The notes beneath the pieces were generated by a model that saw only the letters and a program-made list of their open reading frames with translations, was not told the origin of the DNA and searched no databases. From assembly GCA_964016885.1 (NCBI GenBank), contig OZ024760.1, forward strand, positions 13,888,001 through 13,952,000: 64,000 nt of DNA, read 5' to 3'. The translations under genes and the position numbers were made by a program. Position 1 is the stretch's first letter; every line of letters begins with the position of its first letter. This DNA comes from Eledone cirrhosa (lineage: Eukaryota). Positions 63,273 to 64,000 of this stretch are shown here, one piece after another.

Positions 63273-64000
63273 TTTTCAATTTATATCTAAAAGAAAAAAA
63301 AGAATTATAGATTCTCTTTTCTCTGCCGTGTAATTGAATTGGATAACAACTCAATTTGTTACAATACTGAGTGGGTCTTTCTACTATGGAAACTAGCTTT
63401 CACATTTTAAAGTGTTCACTTTAAAATAATTACAAATCACAATTGATTGTTGCAGTAATTGGATGCGGCAGTGAATGGATTGGTGAACATAGTATTTCTA
63501 AGTTTGTGATGAATCCAGCCCTGGAGCTAGGTCGAAGCTATCATGTTTATACCGTTTAATACTAAGGATTGTTCAACCTTTTACCCGTCTCTATGTTTCC
63601 GTGTAATGATTAATATGTTTAAAACGACACGGACATTCTGCACTTCCTAACTCATTAAGAAATGATTGACAACTTAATTATAATTACAAGAATTACATCA
63701 GGAATAATTTATAGAAATTTAATGCAAAAGATTTTAAGGAAGAAAGCCATGAATTCTTGTCGTTTTCTGTAGTATCATGTTAAGTAGATTGTAGGGAGTC
63801 TGGGTGGAATTTGAGATTTTCCGTTTGGATTATATTTAGTCTTTCAACTTATGAGAGGATTCGTTCTTGAAATAGATCGCGTTGATTGTACAGACTAAAA
63901 TTTCATGAAATGGATTAAGATTATTAGATTGTTTAGCCGAAGATACATTACTTATGCAACGATAAAGTATTTAAGGAAAGGATACAAAAAAAAAAAAAAA

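Overview
Eukaryotic, extremely AT-rich and microsatellite-saturated genomic DNA. Its SINE families (Meta-domain and CORE-type tRNA-derived SINEs) and RTE LINE relics suggest a cephalopod/octopus-like mollusc (inference). No intact protein-coding gene is visible, and most ORFs in the supplied track are translations of (TA)n, (CA)n or trinucleotide repeats. Two less obvious layers stand out. (1) At least four short interspersed families sit inside (TA)n tracts and carry minimal type-I hammerhead ribozyme motifs (CUGANGA...GAAA...NUH with palindromic stem/loop III). They often occur as head-to-head inverted duplications, which is the signature of Penelope-like element pLTRs or retrozyme-like elements. 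(2) Many of the unique-sequence islands translate on the minus strand into decayed rhodopsin-family (class A) GPCR transmembrane segments, suggesting a tandem graveyard of GPCR pseudogenes broken up by repeats. The window also holds MITEs, a palindromic twin-tRNA element and several mini-satellites. All calls come from reading by eye, without alignments, so boundaries are approximate.
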